NCBI GenBank assembly: GCA_035559535.1 | Contig: DATMBG010000033.1 | Location: 125,573 to 180,378 of the forward strand | DNA length: 54,806 nucleotides | From: Candidatus Limnocylindrales bacterium | GTDB taxonomy: Bacteria; Moduliflexota; Moduliflexia; Moduliflexales; JAUQPW01 | Reading direction: 5' to 3' | Shown here: piece after piece, positions 1-9,394 of the stretch | How the letters are laid out: every line of letters begins with the position of its first letter | Numbering within the stretch: the stretch's first letter is position 1 | Program-made: the position numbers and the translations under genes | The notes under the pieces: model-generated | Told to the model about the DNA's origin: nothing | The model's database searches: none | The model's input: the letters and a program-made list of their open reading frames with translations, nothing else

Positions 1-1015
1 TAACTTTGAGTGTCCCCTCGGAGTTGATATAAGCCCCTAACTTACCCGTAAGTTTAATTTCTCCTCCCACTGCACCATCAATGAGTTCTGCACCAATATG
101 CCTTTTGTAATAGGGGGCAAAGCGAGATAGATCGACCTCTTCCAGTCTGGCTTTTAGGGCAAATTCCATATCCTTCCAATGACCCTTTCGAGGAAGTGGA
201 CCAATCGTCCCGGAGGCATGGATGGTGGCAGGAGTAGATTTGGTAGTTCCTCCGGTGGAAGGTTTTTCTCCATTAACAGATGTGGTCAATGTAAAGGGAA
301 CCCGGGAGTCAGGGGCAATGTCTTGAGCTTCCAGGTTGATATGGGAGAAAGTCGTTTCTTTATTCACCTTAAAATCCTGGATCATAACCGTTCCATTAAC
401 AATTCTGAATAGATCGATAGAAAAAGGAGGCAGTTCCTGTCCACCGTTTGTTGTTCGTGATCCTTGATGGGAAGGGGCCTGTGAGGCTGCAAAGACGACC
501 TGAGGTGAGAAGATAAAAGAATCCCCAGGTCTTCGAGTCTCCGTATCTCCCTGAATCTTTGGGTTTCTTTTTTCTCCCATCTCCTTACCATCTGATTTCT
601 CAAAGGCTGTTGTGGGAGTTACAGGTAAAATATCTTCAAAATTCCAGACCCCACTCTCGGCACGTTCCAAAAAAATATGGGGATTTTTAAGCACTAAAGT
701 TGAAACTTCTATTTTCTTATACAACAGCGGAATCCATCGGACCCGGGCAACGACCTGATCGGCATGGATGAAAGGACGGGATTCATCCTTATCCAGAATG
801 GTAACTTGGTTAATCTCAGCCCCTAAGCCGGTCCAGAGGGTATGTTTAATTTGGCCGATATAAGCTTTTCGGTGTAAAGTCTCCTCGATCTTTGTAACCA
901 CCAGGGGTCGATATTTATTCAGATCGATTAATAGAGCTGCCAGCGTCGAGATAAGGATAAAAAGGACCCCCAGGGAAATAAAAAGGAGGAGGATCACTTT
1001 GGCTCTTTTACTCAT
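1..1015 (-). CDS. AsmA-family protein, N-terminal part (runs off the window start)
   Basis: Not in the ORF track. Manual translation from ATG at 1015 gives MSKRAKVILLLFISLGVLFILISTLAALLIDLNKYRPLVVTKIEETLHRKAYIGQI...RVRWIPLLYKKIEVSTLVLKNPHIFLERAESGVWNFEDIL. The N-terminal anchor, 'D.NKYRP' and 'L.R...G.WNF' are typical of the AsmA N-terminus. Confidence 0.75.
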   Translation of the reverse strand, partial: MSKRAKVILLLFISLGVLFILISTLAALLIDLNKYRPLVVTKIEETLHRKAYIGQIKHTLWTGLGAEINQVTILDKDESRPFIHADQVVARVRWIPLLYKKIEVSTLVLKNPHIFLERAESGVWNFEDILPVTPTTAFEKSDGKEMGEKRNPKIQGDTETRRPGDSFIFSPQVVFAASQAPSHQGSRTTNGGQELPPFSIDLFRIVNGTVMIQDFKVNKETTFSHINLEAQDIAPDSRVPFTLTTSVNGEKPSTGGTTKSTPATIHASGTIGPLPRKGHWKDMEFALKARLEEVDLSRFAPYYKRHIGAELIDGAVGGEIKLTGKLGAYINSEGTLKV

Positions 1016-1238
1016 AATCCCATTTTTCCTGGTTATTGTCGTTGACATCCACTAAATTCTTTAGTTCAATAAGTGGAAATAATTTCCAAATTGGTTGCTA
1101 TTGCAATAGCAGATTATATTATAAACTATAAGTTACGTATACGATGAGGGTCAAGGGAATTATCTGTTGACTGCCTTTTATTCTGGGTCCGTTGTCCGCT
1201 GTTTAGGATTGACTACGGGCCATGAGGAACAGATTGGG

Positions 1239-1499
1239 TTGAAGGTGAAGCTAACCAAACGTTTTGATATAACTCCAGATGTAGATGACCGAATTAACCG
1301 ATGGGTTCGGGAGTCCCATGACCGTTTACGGGAAATCCACAGTCTGGTCTATTGCGGAGATTTTATTATGATTGTTTACGAAGAAACCATTTTAAATGAG
1401 GCAGAAGCTGTGGTAGAAGCCGCCGAAGAGATCATCAAACAGACTCTCGAAGAACCCAAGATTCCCGATCTACCACGGGAGGATTTGAACCTGCCGTAA
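1239..1499 (+). CDS. small hypothetical protein
   Basis: ORF 1167..1499. GAGGA SD upstream of TTG at 1239; globular-looking sequence with an acidic C-terminus. Confidence 0.5.
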   Translation: MKVKLTKRFDITPDVDDRINRWVRESHDRLREIHSLVYCGDFIMIVYEETILNEAEAVVEAAEEIIKQTLEEPKIPDLPREDLNLP

Positions 1500-1567
1500 G
1501 TAGGCCATTGTCCGATGTAGGAAATCCTAAGCAGCGGACAACAGACGATAGAAAAATGGACAAAGGT

Positions 1568-2722
1568 TTAATCCCGTCGGTATCCCAGGGCGTATTCCGC
1601 AATCAAAGCCCTGTGGAGTTGGTTTTGACCTTCTACGATCTGGAGGAACTTGGCGTCTCGGAAATATCTCCCCACATTATACTCAGAGGAACACCCATAA
1701 GCACCGTGAATTTGAACGGCATATTCGGCAGCGTGCATGGCCACATCGGTTGCGTACATTTTTGCAATGGATGCTTCCCGCCGAACCCGGGCATGCCCTT
1801 TGTCTTTCAAATGGGCTAAACGATAGGTCAGATATCGGGCGCTTTCGACCCCTACGACCATATCCGTAATCATGGATTGAACCAGTTGGAATCGTCCGAT
1901 GGGTTGATCGAAGACAATACGTTGTTGGGCGTAAGCCACCGATTCGTCCAGACAGGCCTGAGTTAAACCCACGGCGCGAGCAGCAACTCCCAGACGGCCA
2001 TTTTCTACGGCACACATGGCCACTTTAAAGCCCTCACCTTCTTTTCCCACCAGGTTTTCAGCCGGAACCTCTACCTCCTCTAAGATCAATTGACCGGTCG
2101 AAAGAGGTCGGAAACCTACTTTGTTCTTCTCCGGCTTTACACTGACGCCGGGCCAGTGTTTTTCTACAATAAAGGCACAAATTCCCTTGGACTTGAGCTT
2201 TTTATCCAGGGTTGCAAAGGTAAGAAAAAACGCGGCTTCATTAAGCATGCTGATCCAGGCCTTACGACCGTTGATGATATAACGATCCCCTTTCTTGACC
2301 ACGGTAGTTTCCATAGCGGCCACATCGGTCCCAGAATGGGGTTCTGTAACCCCGGTTCCGGCAAAACATTCCCCTCGAGCCAATGGAACCAAATACTTTT
2401 GCTTCTGTTCTTCCGTTCCATAGGTAAGAATACCGGAACCCGCAAGTCCACTGGGTAAAGAGAGGATTGCGCCCATGGTTTGACAAACCCGGGCGATTTC
2501 TTCGATGATGAGGGTAAAGGAAAGATAATCCAATCCGGCTCCTCCATACTTCTCCGGGATTACCCCTCCCGTAAACCCCAGAGAAGCCGCTTTTTTTACA
2601 ATCTCCATGGGAAAGCGTTCTTCAGCATCATATTGGTTCACATAAGGCGCAATTTCCTTTTTAGCAAAATCATAGGCAATTTGTTTCAGATTTTGTTGCT
2701 CCGGCGTAAGATCGAAGTCCAT
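1568..2722 (-). CDS. acyl-CoA dehydrogenase family protein
   Basis: 384 aa; motifs MDFDLTPEQ, IPEKYGGAG, TEPHSGTD, INGRKAWIS, GEGFKVAM, R.VFDQPIGRFQLVQ, AVQIHGAYG, RDAK...IVEG. Confidence 0.95.
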   Translation of the reverse strand: MDFDLTPEQQNLKQIAYDFAKKEIAPYVNQYDAEERFPMEIVKKAASLGFTGGVIPEKYGGAGLDYLSFTLIIEEIARVCQTMGAILSLPSGLAGSGILTYGTEEQKQKYLVPLARGECFAGTGVTEPHSGTDVAAMETTVVKKGDRYIINGRKAWISMLNEAAFFLTFATLDKKLKSKGICAFIVEKHWPGVSVKPEKNKVGFRPLSTGQLILEEVEVPAENLVGKEGEGFKVAMCAVENGRLGVAARAVGLTQACLDESVAYAQQRIVFDQPIGRFQLVQSMITDMVVGVESARYLTYRLAHLKDKGHARVRREASIAKMYATDVAMHAAEYAVQIHGAYGCSSEYNVGRYFRDAKFLQIVEGQNQLHRALIAEYALGYRRD

Positions 2723-2767
2723 ACTTTAATATCCAAACTACACCTTTACATTTTTATCCTTAAAGGA

Positions 2768-2864
2768 CTGTGAAAATATGGAAGTGTGGGAGTATGGAAG
2801 TACGGAAGTGTGGGAGTATAGGAGAATATACCCCTCTACCCCCATACTCCCACACTTCCATACT
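2768..2864. repeat. inverted octamer tandem-repeat element (GTRTGGRA)n...(TYCCAYAC)n, copy 1
   Basis: gtgtgggagtatggaagtacggaagtgtgggagtata ... cccatactcccacacttccatac. Confidence 0.85.
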
Positions 2865-2916
2865 TTTGACCCCTTCAGGGATAAACCTTTTAAAATTGCA
2901 AAGGTATAGTCTTTTA

Positions 2917-5082
2917 TTATTTAACAAACTGTTTATACTGCACGAGGGCTTTCATAGCCTTGACGCCTGTTTCCGGGACCGAGTATACTGGGATCCGGTG
3001 ATTCATGAGATGCGCGATACCCTGTTGGGCTAAGGACTTGGCGATAGTCCATACGACCAGGATGGGTTTTTCTCTATTTTGTCGGACAGCTTCTACAATT
3101 CCACAGGCCAATTCAGAGGCAATAGGCTCTCGCAGGGTGGTCAACAGGACGATAATCCCATCGATATGGGGATCTTCCAAGACTGCCTGGAGGGTTTGTT
3201 GATAGAGGTTTGGATGAGCCAGAACCTGGGCTGTCACATCGACGGGGTTTTGAGCAGAACCAAAAGGAGGAATAATCTGTTGAATTTTACTTACCACTTC
3301 TTCGGAAAGTTGAGGTACTTCTAAGCCGGCTTCGATACAGGCATCTGCCATAAGACTACAGGCGCCACCAGAAGTGGAAACAATTCCAATGCGTTTTCCT
3401 TGAGGGAGGGGTTGCCAGGTCAAAGCCAGGGCTATATCAAAAAGATCCATTACCTGATAAACCCGGATCATTCCCAACTTTTTGAAGATAGCTTCGTAGA
3501 CCCGGTCATTTCCTGCTAAAACTCCCGTGTGAGATTTCACGGCCATCCCGCCCAGTTCTGTACGACCGTTCTTAAACACGACGACCGGTTTTCCTGCTTC
3601 TAAAGCCTTTCTTCCGGCTCGCTGGAATTTGGGCCCATCTTGAACCCCTTCCAGGAAGAGGACGATGGTTCGGGTATGGGAATCTTGGGTCAGGTATTCT
3701 AAATAGTCCGCGGTTTCCAGATCGGCTTCATTACCGGAAGCAATAAAGTAACTAAACCCAACTCCCTGCTCCAAAAGGCGACTTAACAGGGATCCACCCA
3801 AGGCGCCACTTTGAGTAATAAAGGCAATCTCTCCGGGTGGAATCGAATCCGTTTGCATGGCCATACTGAAATTGGCAAAAACATGAGCTGCCGTATTCAC
3901 GATCCCCATGGCGTTAGGACCACAAAACCGAATCCCGGCGATCCTAGCTGCTTCAAGCAGATTCCTCTGGAGAGCTTCACCGGAGTCTCCCGCTTCGGCA
4001 TAACCGGAAGCATACACAATAGCCGACTTAACCCCTTTTTCCCCGCATTCCTGGAGAATACCCGGAATAGCCCCGGCAGGAACCACCAAACAGGCTAAAT
4101 CTACCGGCTCAGGGACTTCCCGAATAGAGGGATAGCAGGGTAGTCCCTGTAAATGGGTTTCCTTGGGATTTACCGGATAAAGTCTACCTTGAAACTCATG
4201 TTGGAGGAGATTCGTGAAAAGTCGCTCTCCTAAACTTCCAGGGTTCCTGGAAGCTCCAATTACGGCAATGGATCGGGGATTTAATAACGCGTCTAAGGCC
4301 TTCTGTCCACTATCTCTTGAAACCCAGGTCCATGCCTTATCACCTGTCCACCGGGGCCTGCTTAAAATAATTCTGGCATCAAGAGCCAGAGAACCCTTTC
4401 CGGATTCCCGAACCAGAACCGGATTAAGATCCATCTCTTGAATCTCTTCCAGATCTTCGACCAAACGGGAGACTTTTAAAAGGGTTTCCACCAGGGACTC
4501 TAGATCCAAAGGAGGTTCCCCCCGGTAACCTTTTAAAAGAGGACTTCCTCTAATTTCACCGATCATGGTCCAGGCTTCTTCCCGTGAAAGGGGAGAAGCC
4601 CGCAGGGTAGTATCCTGGAAGATCTCAACCCAAATACCCCCCAGGCCGAAAAGGATAAAAGGACCAAAAACCGGATCCCGTCTGACTCCGATAAGCACTT
4701 CTCGACCCTGAGAAATCATCTCTTGGATCAGGACCCCTTGAATTTCAGCCTGTGGGGCAAATGTCTGGGCATTAACCAGGATCTCCTGGTAAGCTGCCTG
4801 TAGCTCCTGGAGAGAAGTAATCCCTAATTTAACCCCCTGTACCTCCGTTTTGTGAAGGATATGGGGAGAGACAATTTTCAGAACCGCCGGGAATCCTATT
4901 TCCTCAACAGCCTGTAAAAGCTTAACCGGTAACTTTTCTGTTGAATAAGGAACAAATACCTGCTGGGGAATAGAAACTCCATATCCCTCCAAGATTTCCT
5001 TTGATTCTACTTCTGTAAGAACTTTTCGACTCTGGCTCAGCGCCAGGTCTATAATTTGTTTCGCTCTGTCTTTTCCGACCAA
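2917..5082 (-). CDS. ADP-forming acyl-CoA synthetase (acetate--CoA ligase family), fused, ATP-grasp domain N-terminal
   Basis: N-terminal ATP-grasp (VLKIVSPHILHKTEVQGV, RDPVFGP, EMDLNP), then CoA-binding domain (PRSIAVIGAS, GIRFCGPN, SQ/TQSGALG, GNEADL) and phospho-His motif SHTG. Confidence 0.9.
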   Translation of the reverse strand: MVGKDRAKQIIDLALSQSRKVLTEVESKEILEGYGVSIPQQVFVPYSTEKLPVKLLQAVEEIGFPAVLKIVSPHILHKTEVQGVKLGITSLQELQAAYQEILVNAQTFAPQAEIQGVLIQEMISQGREVLIGVRRDPVFGPFILFGLGGIWVEIFQDTTLRASPLSREEAWTMIGEIRGSPLLKGYRGEPPLDLESLVETLLKVSRLVEDLEEIQEMDLNPVLVRESGKGSLALDARIILSRPRWTGDKAWTWVSRDSGQKALDALLNPRSIAVIGASRNPGSLGERLFTNLLQHEFQGRLYPVNPKETHLQGLPCYPSIREVPEPVDLACLVVPAGAIPGILQECGEKGVKSAIVYASGYAEAGDSGEALQRNLLEAARIAGIRFCGPNAMGIVNTAAHVFANFSMAMQTDSIPPGEIAFITQSGALGGSLLSRLLEQGVGFSYFIASGNEADLETADYLEYLTQDSHTRTIVLFLEGVQDGPKFQRAGRKALEAGKPVVVFKNGRTELGGMAVKSHTGVLAGNDRVYEAIFKKLGMIRVYQVMDLFDIALALTWQPLPQGKRIGIVSTSGGACSLMADACIEAGLEVPQLSEEVVSKIQQIIPPFGSAQNPVDVTAQVLAHPNLYQQTLQAVLEDPHIDGIIVLLTTLREPIASELACGIVEAVRQNREKPILVVWTIAKSLAQQGIAHLMNHRIPVYSVPETGVKAMKALVQYKQFVK

Positions 5083-5293
5083 AATTCTCCCTTACCCGTT
5101 TTGGTTCCCGTACTTTTCAACCCGAAGCACAGGAATGGGTTGATAATCTATTCGTAACAGACTACCTTTCAGATGCAACATCTATATGACCGATCAATGG
5201 GTTATAGCTGGAGTGCCCGAGGGCACTTTACACCTTGACTTACCCGGCATCAGGAACCTTCTGTACCAAATACCGGAGACCCGGGGTAAAAGA

Positions 5294-5902
5294 TCATTTG
5301 TAATACGGCAAGAGTTTTTGGACTTCCGGTCCCTTTGCAATGACCTCCTTACCTATCATTTCATATTTCCCCGTTTTGTCCACCACTTCAGAGACTTTGA
5401 CAAGTCTGGCCTCGGTTTCTCCTTTATCCAATTGAGGATAGCAGGCCAGAAATCGAATAATCCGGAATTGACCGTCTTTTCGTTCTACTTTGGGTTCTTC
5501 TAATTTCCAGGCCTGATAAGTCTGTTCATCCACCACCAGGAATTTCTGGTTTGGACTTGTCTTTCTTTGAAGAGTCCGGCAGTGACTATCTTTAAATAAA
5601 AAGCCATAGGACTCGGAGGTGAAGAAATTGACCAGAGCAAGGGCTTCTTTTTCATCCCGGACTTCTTCTATGACTTGAGAGAGGTCCTGGATGGTTTCGA
5701 TTTTGATCTCCTGATCTCCTTTCTTTGCAGTGAGCCAGGAACAGGCCTGGATAGGTTTACATCCTTCCTCCGTCTGAATGAAAAGCGAGTAACCTTCCTT
5801 AAGTTTCACGGGAAATTGAGTCTTTAACTCTTCATTTAGACGTGTAGTGACCATACCCATAAAAAATGGAAAAAGAATCATGCTGAATATAAAAGTTTTC
5901 AT
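5294..5902 (-). CDS. hypothetical exported protein
   Basis: 202 aa; AAGGAG SD; hydrophobic N-terminal signal-like segment. Confidence 0.65.
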   Translation of the reverse strand: MKTFIFSMILFPFFMGMVTTRLNEELKTQFPVKLKEGYSLFIQTEEGCKPIQACSWLTAKKGDQEIKIETIQDLSQVIEEVRDEKEALALVNFFTSESYGFLFKDSHCRTLQRKTSPNQKFLVVDEQTYQAWKLEEPKVERKDGQFRIIRFLACYPQLDKGETEARLVKVSEVVDKTGKYEMIGKEVIAKGPEVQKLLPYYK

Positions 5903-6037
5903 CTAAGCAAGCTCCTTTTTAGGTTTAAAGGTTATATACAGGATTTCAGGGCATTCTGTCAAAAATTTTTTAAGCCTGTGTAATATTTTGTAAAGTTAAT
6001 TCTGGATTATTCCTCTTCTCCCCTCACCCCCGGCCCT

Positions 6038-6210
6038 CATAGGCACCAGGTTAAAGTGCCCCTACCCTGTCCCTCTCCCGTTTCACAGGGGAGGGAACTT
6101 CGCTTCAAAGTACCTTCCCCTGCAAAGCGGGGGAAGGTTAGCAGGTTAAGCGTCTCGTTTGACATTAAGGGGGCCCTCTCAGGGATCTCACTCTTATCCT
6201 GGCGCGTATA
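6038..6210 (+). mobile_element. 173-bp MITE-like element, copy 1
   Basis: Imperfect terminal inverted repeats (CATAGGCACCAGGTTAA / TTATCCTGGCGCGTATA); a same-length homolog lies in reverse orientation at 49062-49234; no coding capacity. Confidence 0.75.
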
Positions 6211-6285
6211 CCCCCGGTCCCTCTCCCACAAGGGAGAAATAAGAAGATCTCCTGGCTGGCTTCCGATGAACCCCTTCTCCTGAAT

Positions 6286-6313
6286 GTAGGGATGGGGGGC
6301 CCCTCATCCCTAC
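6286..6313. repeat. GTAG-type REP palindrome
   Basis: gtagggatggggggcccctcatccctac, a 28-bp hairpin bounded by GTAG/CTAC. Confidence 0.7.
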
Positions 6314-6525
6314 AGGAAAGGGGGGGCTTGGGGAGTCGATCTGGATTTCAATATTTATTTGGTATTACTTCCTTTTCCATTGAACAGTTCGTGTAAACCG
6401 TAAAGGTCTGGAAGCCACAAAGATTATTTTTGCCCTGAGTCTCCTCTATCTTTATCTTTGCTAAGGTATTCAACAAGATATCCCATGAACTTGCATCCCG
6501 TATAGGGAGACCTTTGATTTTTTGC

Positions 6526-6554
6526 TTGACTCTCCTACTCCCTAAAGATAAGTT
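6526..6554 (+). promoter_or_regulatory. putative sigma70 promoter of the liv operon
   Basis: TTGACT-17 nt-TAAGTT about 120 bp upstream of livH. Confidence 0.5.
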
Positions 6555-6676
6555 TACTTCTGATTTGGTTCGCTTAGCGCGGATTGAACCAGTTGGGGAA
6601 TTACGCTAAGGCAAATTAACTGTTTTTTTTTCGACCCATTCTCCAAATTCTTGCGAGGATCAGATAGACTTTGTGA

Positions 6677-7555
6677 ATGAGTATGTTTAGCTTTGAGTTA
6701 TTGGTGAACGCAGTGGTCACAGGAATTCTGCTGGGAGGATTTTACGCAACCATCAGCATGGGACTTTCCCTCTCCTTTGGATTGCTGGACATTGCCAATA
6801 TTGCCCATCCGGTTTTCGCCATTCTTAGTGGGTACGGGGTTTATACACTTAATACTAGGATGGGTATGGATCCCATCCTGGCCGGTTTTTTGTTGGCGCC
6901 TATTTTTTATGGATTTGGATGGATTCTCTATCGAGGATATTACCATTTTTTCGAAAAGAAAGGGGAACAGTCCTTGCGAGGACTGGTATTCTTTTTTGGT
7001 ATCCTTTTTTTGATTGAAGTAAGTTTATTGTTGACCTATGGAGTGGATTACAGGCTGGTGGAGTCCAGATACACCGGTCAATCGGTACATATTGGCATTC
7101 TGGGTATCCCCTTACGCCTGCTCTTTCCTTTTATTGTCGGATTACTTATTACAGTGGTTTTGTATCTTTTTCTGTCCCGAACATTTTTGGGCCGGATCAT
7201 CCGGGGGGTGTCTCAGGATAGTACGGCGGTCAGGTTGATGGGTGCAAATCCGATGGCCGTTAAATCTATTGCCTTCGGGCTTTCCATCGCAATTGCCTGT
7301 ATTGCCGGAGCTCTTATGATCATCATGAATCCTATAGAACCCTCTTCCGGTAGAGAGTTCATAGGAAGAGCATTTGCCGTAGTCGTTTTAGGTGGTATGG
7401 GAAGCATAGGGGGTACCTGGGTTGCTGCCATGATCCTGGGCATAATCGAGAGTCTTACCTCGACATTTTACGGCCCGGCCTGGGCCCTGGCGGTTTCGTT
7501 CAGCATCCTCTTGCTGGTGCTGGCGATCAAGCCATCGGGACTTTTTGGGAGGTGA
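6677..7555 (+). CDS. livH: branched-chain amino acid ABC transporter permease (LivH-like)
   Basis: GLSLSFG..DIANIAH, GRIIRGVSQD..AVRLMG, VVLGGMGSIGG, IKPSGLFG. Confidence 0.9.
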   Translation: MSMFSFELLVNAVVTGILLGGFYATISMGLSLSFGLLDIANIAHPVFAILSGYGVYTLNTRMGMDPILAGFLLAPIFYGFGWILYRGYYHFFEKKGEQSLRGLVFFFGILFLIEVSLLLTYGVDYRLVESRYTGQSVHIGILGIPLRLLFPFIVGLLITVVLYLFLSRTFLGRIIRGVSQDSTAVRLMGANPMAVKSIAFGLSIAIACIAGALMIIMNPIEPSSGREFIGRAFAVVVLGGMGSIGGTWVAAMILGIIESLTSTFYGPAWALAVSFSILLLVLAIKPSGLFGR

Positions 7556-7558
7556 TTT

Positions 7559-8497
7559 TTGAAAAAATTAGCTGTACCGATTCTCATCGTTTGTCTAACA
7601 GTCGGCATGGCCGTACCGCTGATCTTTCACCTGGCTTATTTCTATTTCGCTGCTTATGTAATCTTGCAATATATCATTCTGTCGACGGCGTGGAATATCC
7701 TGGGAGGGTATACGGGATATGTAAATTTTGGTGTAGGAGCTTTTTTTGCTCTGGGAGCTTACACGGCGGCGATGTTAATTCTGAATCTCAAAACGAGCTT
7801 ACCCGTTGCACTGATTTTTGGGGGGTTTGTATCGGCCATCCTGGGTATGGGCATCGGATGTCTCACGTTGAGATTGCGGGGTGTTTTTTTCGCCATCGCA
7901 ACCCTGGCTCTGGCCGTTGTCCTTGAGACGGTTATCGTAAGTACACCGGCCTTGGGAGGAGCAAGGGGCCTGTATGTACATCGACCAAAACCTGTAGCCC
8001 CCTTTTCTACCTATCCAGAGTTTCTATACCTGCTCATGGTGCTATTAGCCCTGTTGACCATCTTTATCGCGCGATACATCGAACGATCCTGGATCGGTAG
8101 AGGGCTTACGGCGATCCGGGATAATGAAGAGGCTGCAGAATGCCTGGGTGTTCCGGTGTTTAAACTGAAACTGTTAGCGGCTACGATAAGTGGATTTTTT
8201 ATGGGAGTCGCCGGTGCACCGTTTCCTTACTATATCACTTATCTGGAACCCCGGAGTACCATGGGAATGGATGTAACGGTTAACAGTCTGGCCATGGCTT
8301 TGATCGGCGGTACAACCACCTGGTCTGGACCGGTTATCGGGGCTTTACTATTAGGCACCTTACAGCAAGCCGTCACCGTAACCGTCTCCTCGGTCTTTAA
8401 CCTGCTGATTGTAGGCCTTCTACTCGTTGGATTTGTTATTCTGGCCCCCGACGGTATCGTAGGACTCATCAGACGTTACCGGAAAAAGATTCTTTAG
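7559..8497 (+). CDS. livM: branched-chain amino acid ABC transporter permease (LivM-like)
   Basis: WNILGGYTGYVNFG, LRLRGVFFAIATLA, AIRDNEEAAECLGV, PDGIVG. Confidence 0.9.
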   Translation: MKKLAVPILIVCLTVGMAVPLIFHLAYFYFAAYVILQYIILSTAWNILGGYTGYVNFGVGAFFALGAYTAAMLILNLKTSLPVALIFGGFVSAILGMGIGCLTLRLRGVFFAIATLALAVVLETVIVSTPALGGARGLYVHRPKPVAPFSTYPEFLYLLMVLLALLTIFIARYIERSWIGRGLTAIRDNEEAAECLGVPVFKLKLLAATISGFFMGVAGAPFPYYITYLEPRSTMGMDVTVNSLAMALIGGTTTWSGPVIGALLLGTLQQAVTVTVSSVFNLLIVGLLLVGFVILAPDGIVGLIRRYRKKIL

Positions 8498-8516
8498 CTG
8501 GGAGGACATCGGGGAA

Positions 8517-8613
8517 GTATAAGAGTATGGGGGTATGGGGGTATGGGAGTATGGAAGTGTGGAAGAATAAGTACTTATACCCCCATACTCCCATACCCCC
8601 ACACTTCCATACT
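8517..8613. repeat. inverted octamer tandem-repeat element, copy 2
   Basis: gtatgggggtatgggggtatgggagtatggaagtgtggaa ... cccatactcccatacccccacacttccatac, between livM and livG. Confidence 0.85.
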
Positions 8614-8622
8614 AGTACGGGC

Positions 8623-8650
8623 GTAGGGGCGTAAGGCCTTACGCCCCTAC
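8623..8650. repeat. GTAG-type REP, perfect 28-bp palindrome
   Basis: gtaggggcgtaaggccttacgcccctac. Confidence 0.8.
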
Positions 8651-8668
8651 TGTTTTGGTAGCAAATTA

Positions 8669-9394
8669 ATGTCGGTACCACTTCTAGAAGTAGAAAAAAT
8701 TTCCAAACGGTTTGGAGGTTTTCAGGCCCTGAGGGAGGTTTCCTTACATATTTATATAGGCGAGAGAGTTGGTTTAATCGGGCCGAACGGTTCGGGAAAG
8801 TCTACCTTAATCGGTATCATTTCCGGGCTTCAAGCCTGTGATAGGGGCAAAGTGTTTTTTCATAGACAAGAGATTACCACATGGCCGGCTTACCGGAGGG
8901 CCCGACTGGGAATTGCCAGAAGTTTTCAGATTCCCAGGCCCTTCCCAAGTATGACCGTTCTGGATAATGTATGCATACCCCTTGAGTATGCGACCCATGA
9001 AAAATCCTCACAATCCCAGGTAGTAGACGAGGCCCAGCAGATTCTTCAGCGGGTTGGGTTGATCTCAAAGAGGAATGTAAAATCCACCGAATTGACTCAA
9101 ATTGATCTGCGAAGGTTAGAACTGGCCCGAGCGCTGGCGATTAAACCAAAACTACTCCTGTTAGATGAAGTCATGGCCGGATTGTCTACCGGGGAAGTAG
9201 ACGAACTTCTTGGACTTCTTTACGAGCTAAATCGGCAAGGTATTGCCGTCGTGATGGTTGAACATATCATGAGAGCGGTCATGGGATTTTCCCAGAGGGT
9301 AGTAGTTCTCAATGCCGGAAGTAAGATTGCAGAAGGGACGCCGGAAGAAATTGTGAAAATTGAAGAGGTGGAGAGGATCTATCTTGGCGAGTAG
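8669..9394 (+). CDS. livG: ABC transporter ATP-binding protein (LivG-like)
   Basis: Walker A GPNGSGKST, LGIARSFQ, Walker B LLLLDE, VEH. Confidence 0.9.
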   Translation: MSVPLLEVEKISKRFGGFQALREVSLHIYIGERVGLIGPNGSGKSTLIGIISGLQACDRGKVFFHRQEITTWPAYRRARLGIARSFQIPRPFPSMTVLDNVCIPLEYATHEKSSQSQVVDEAQQILQRVGLISKRNVKSTELTQIDLRRLELARALAIKPKLLLLDEVMAGLSTGEVDELLGLLYELNRQGIAVVMVEHIMRAVMGFSQRVVVLNAGSKIAEGTPEEIVKIEEVERIYLGE

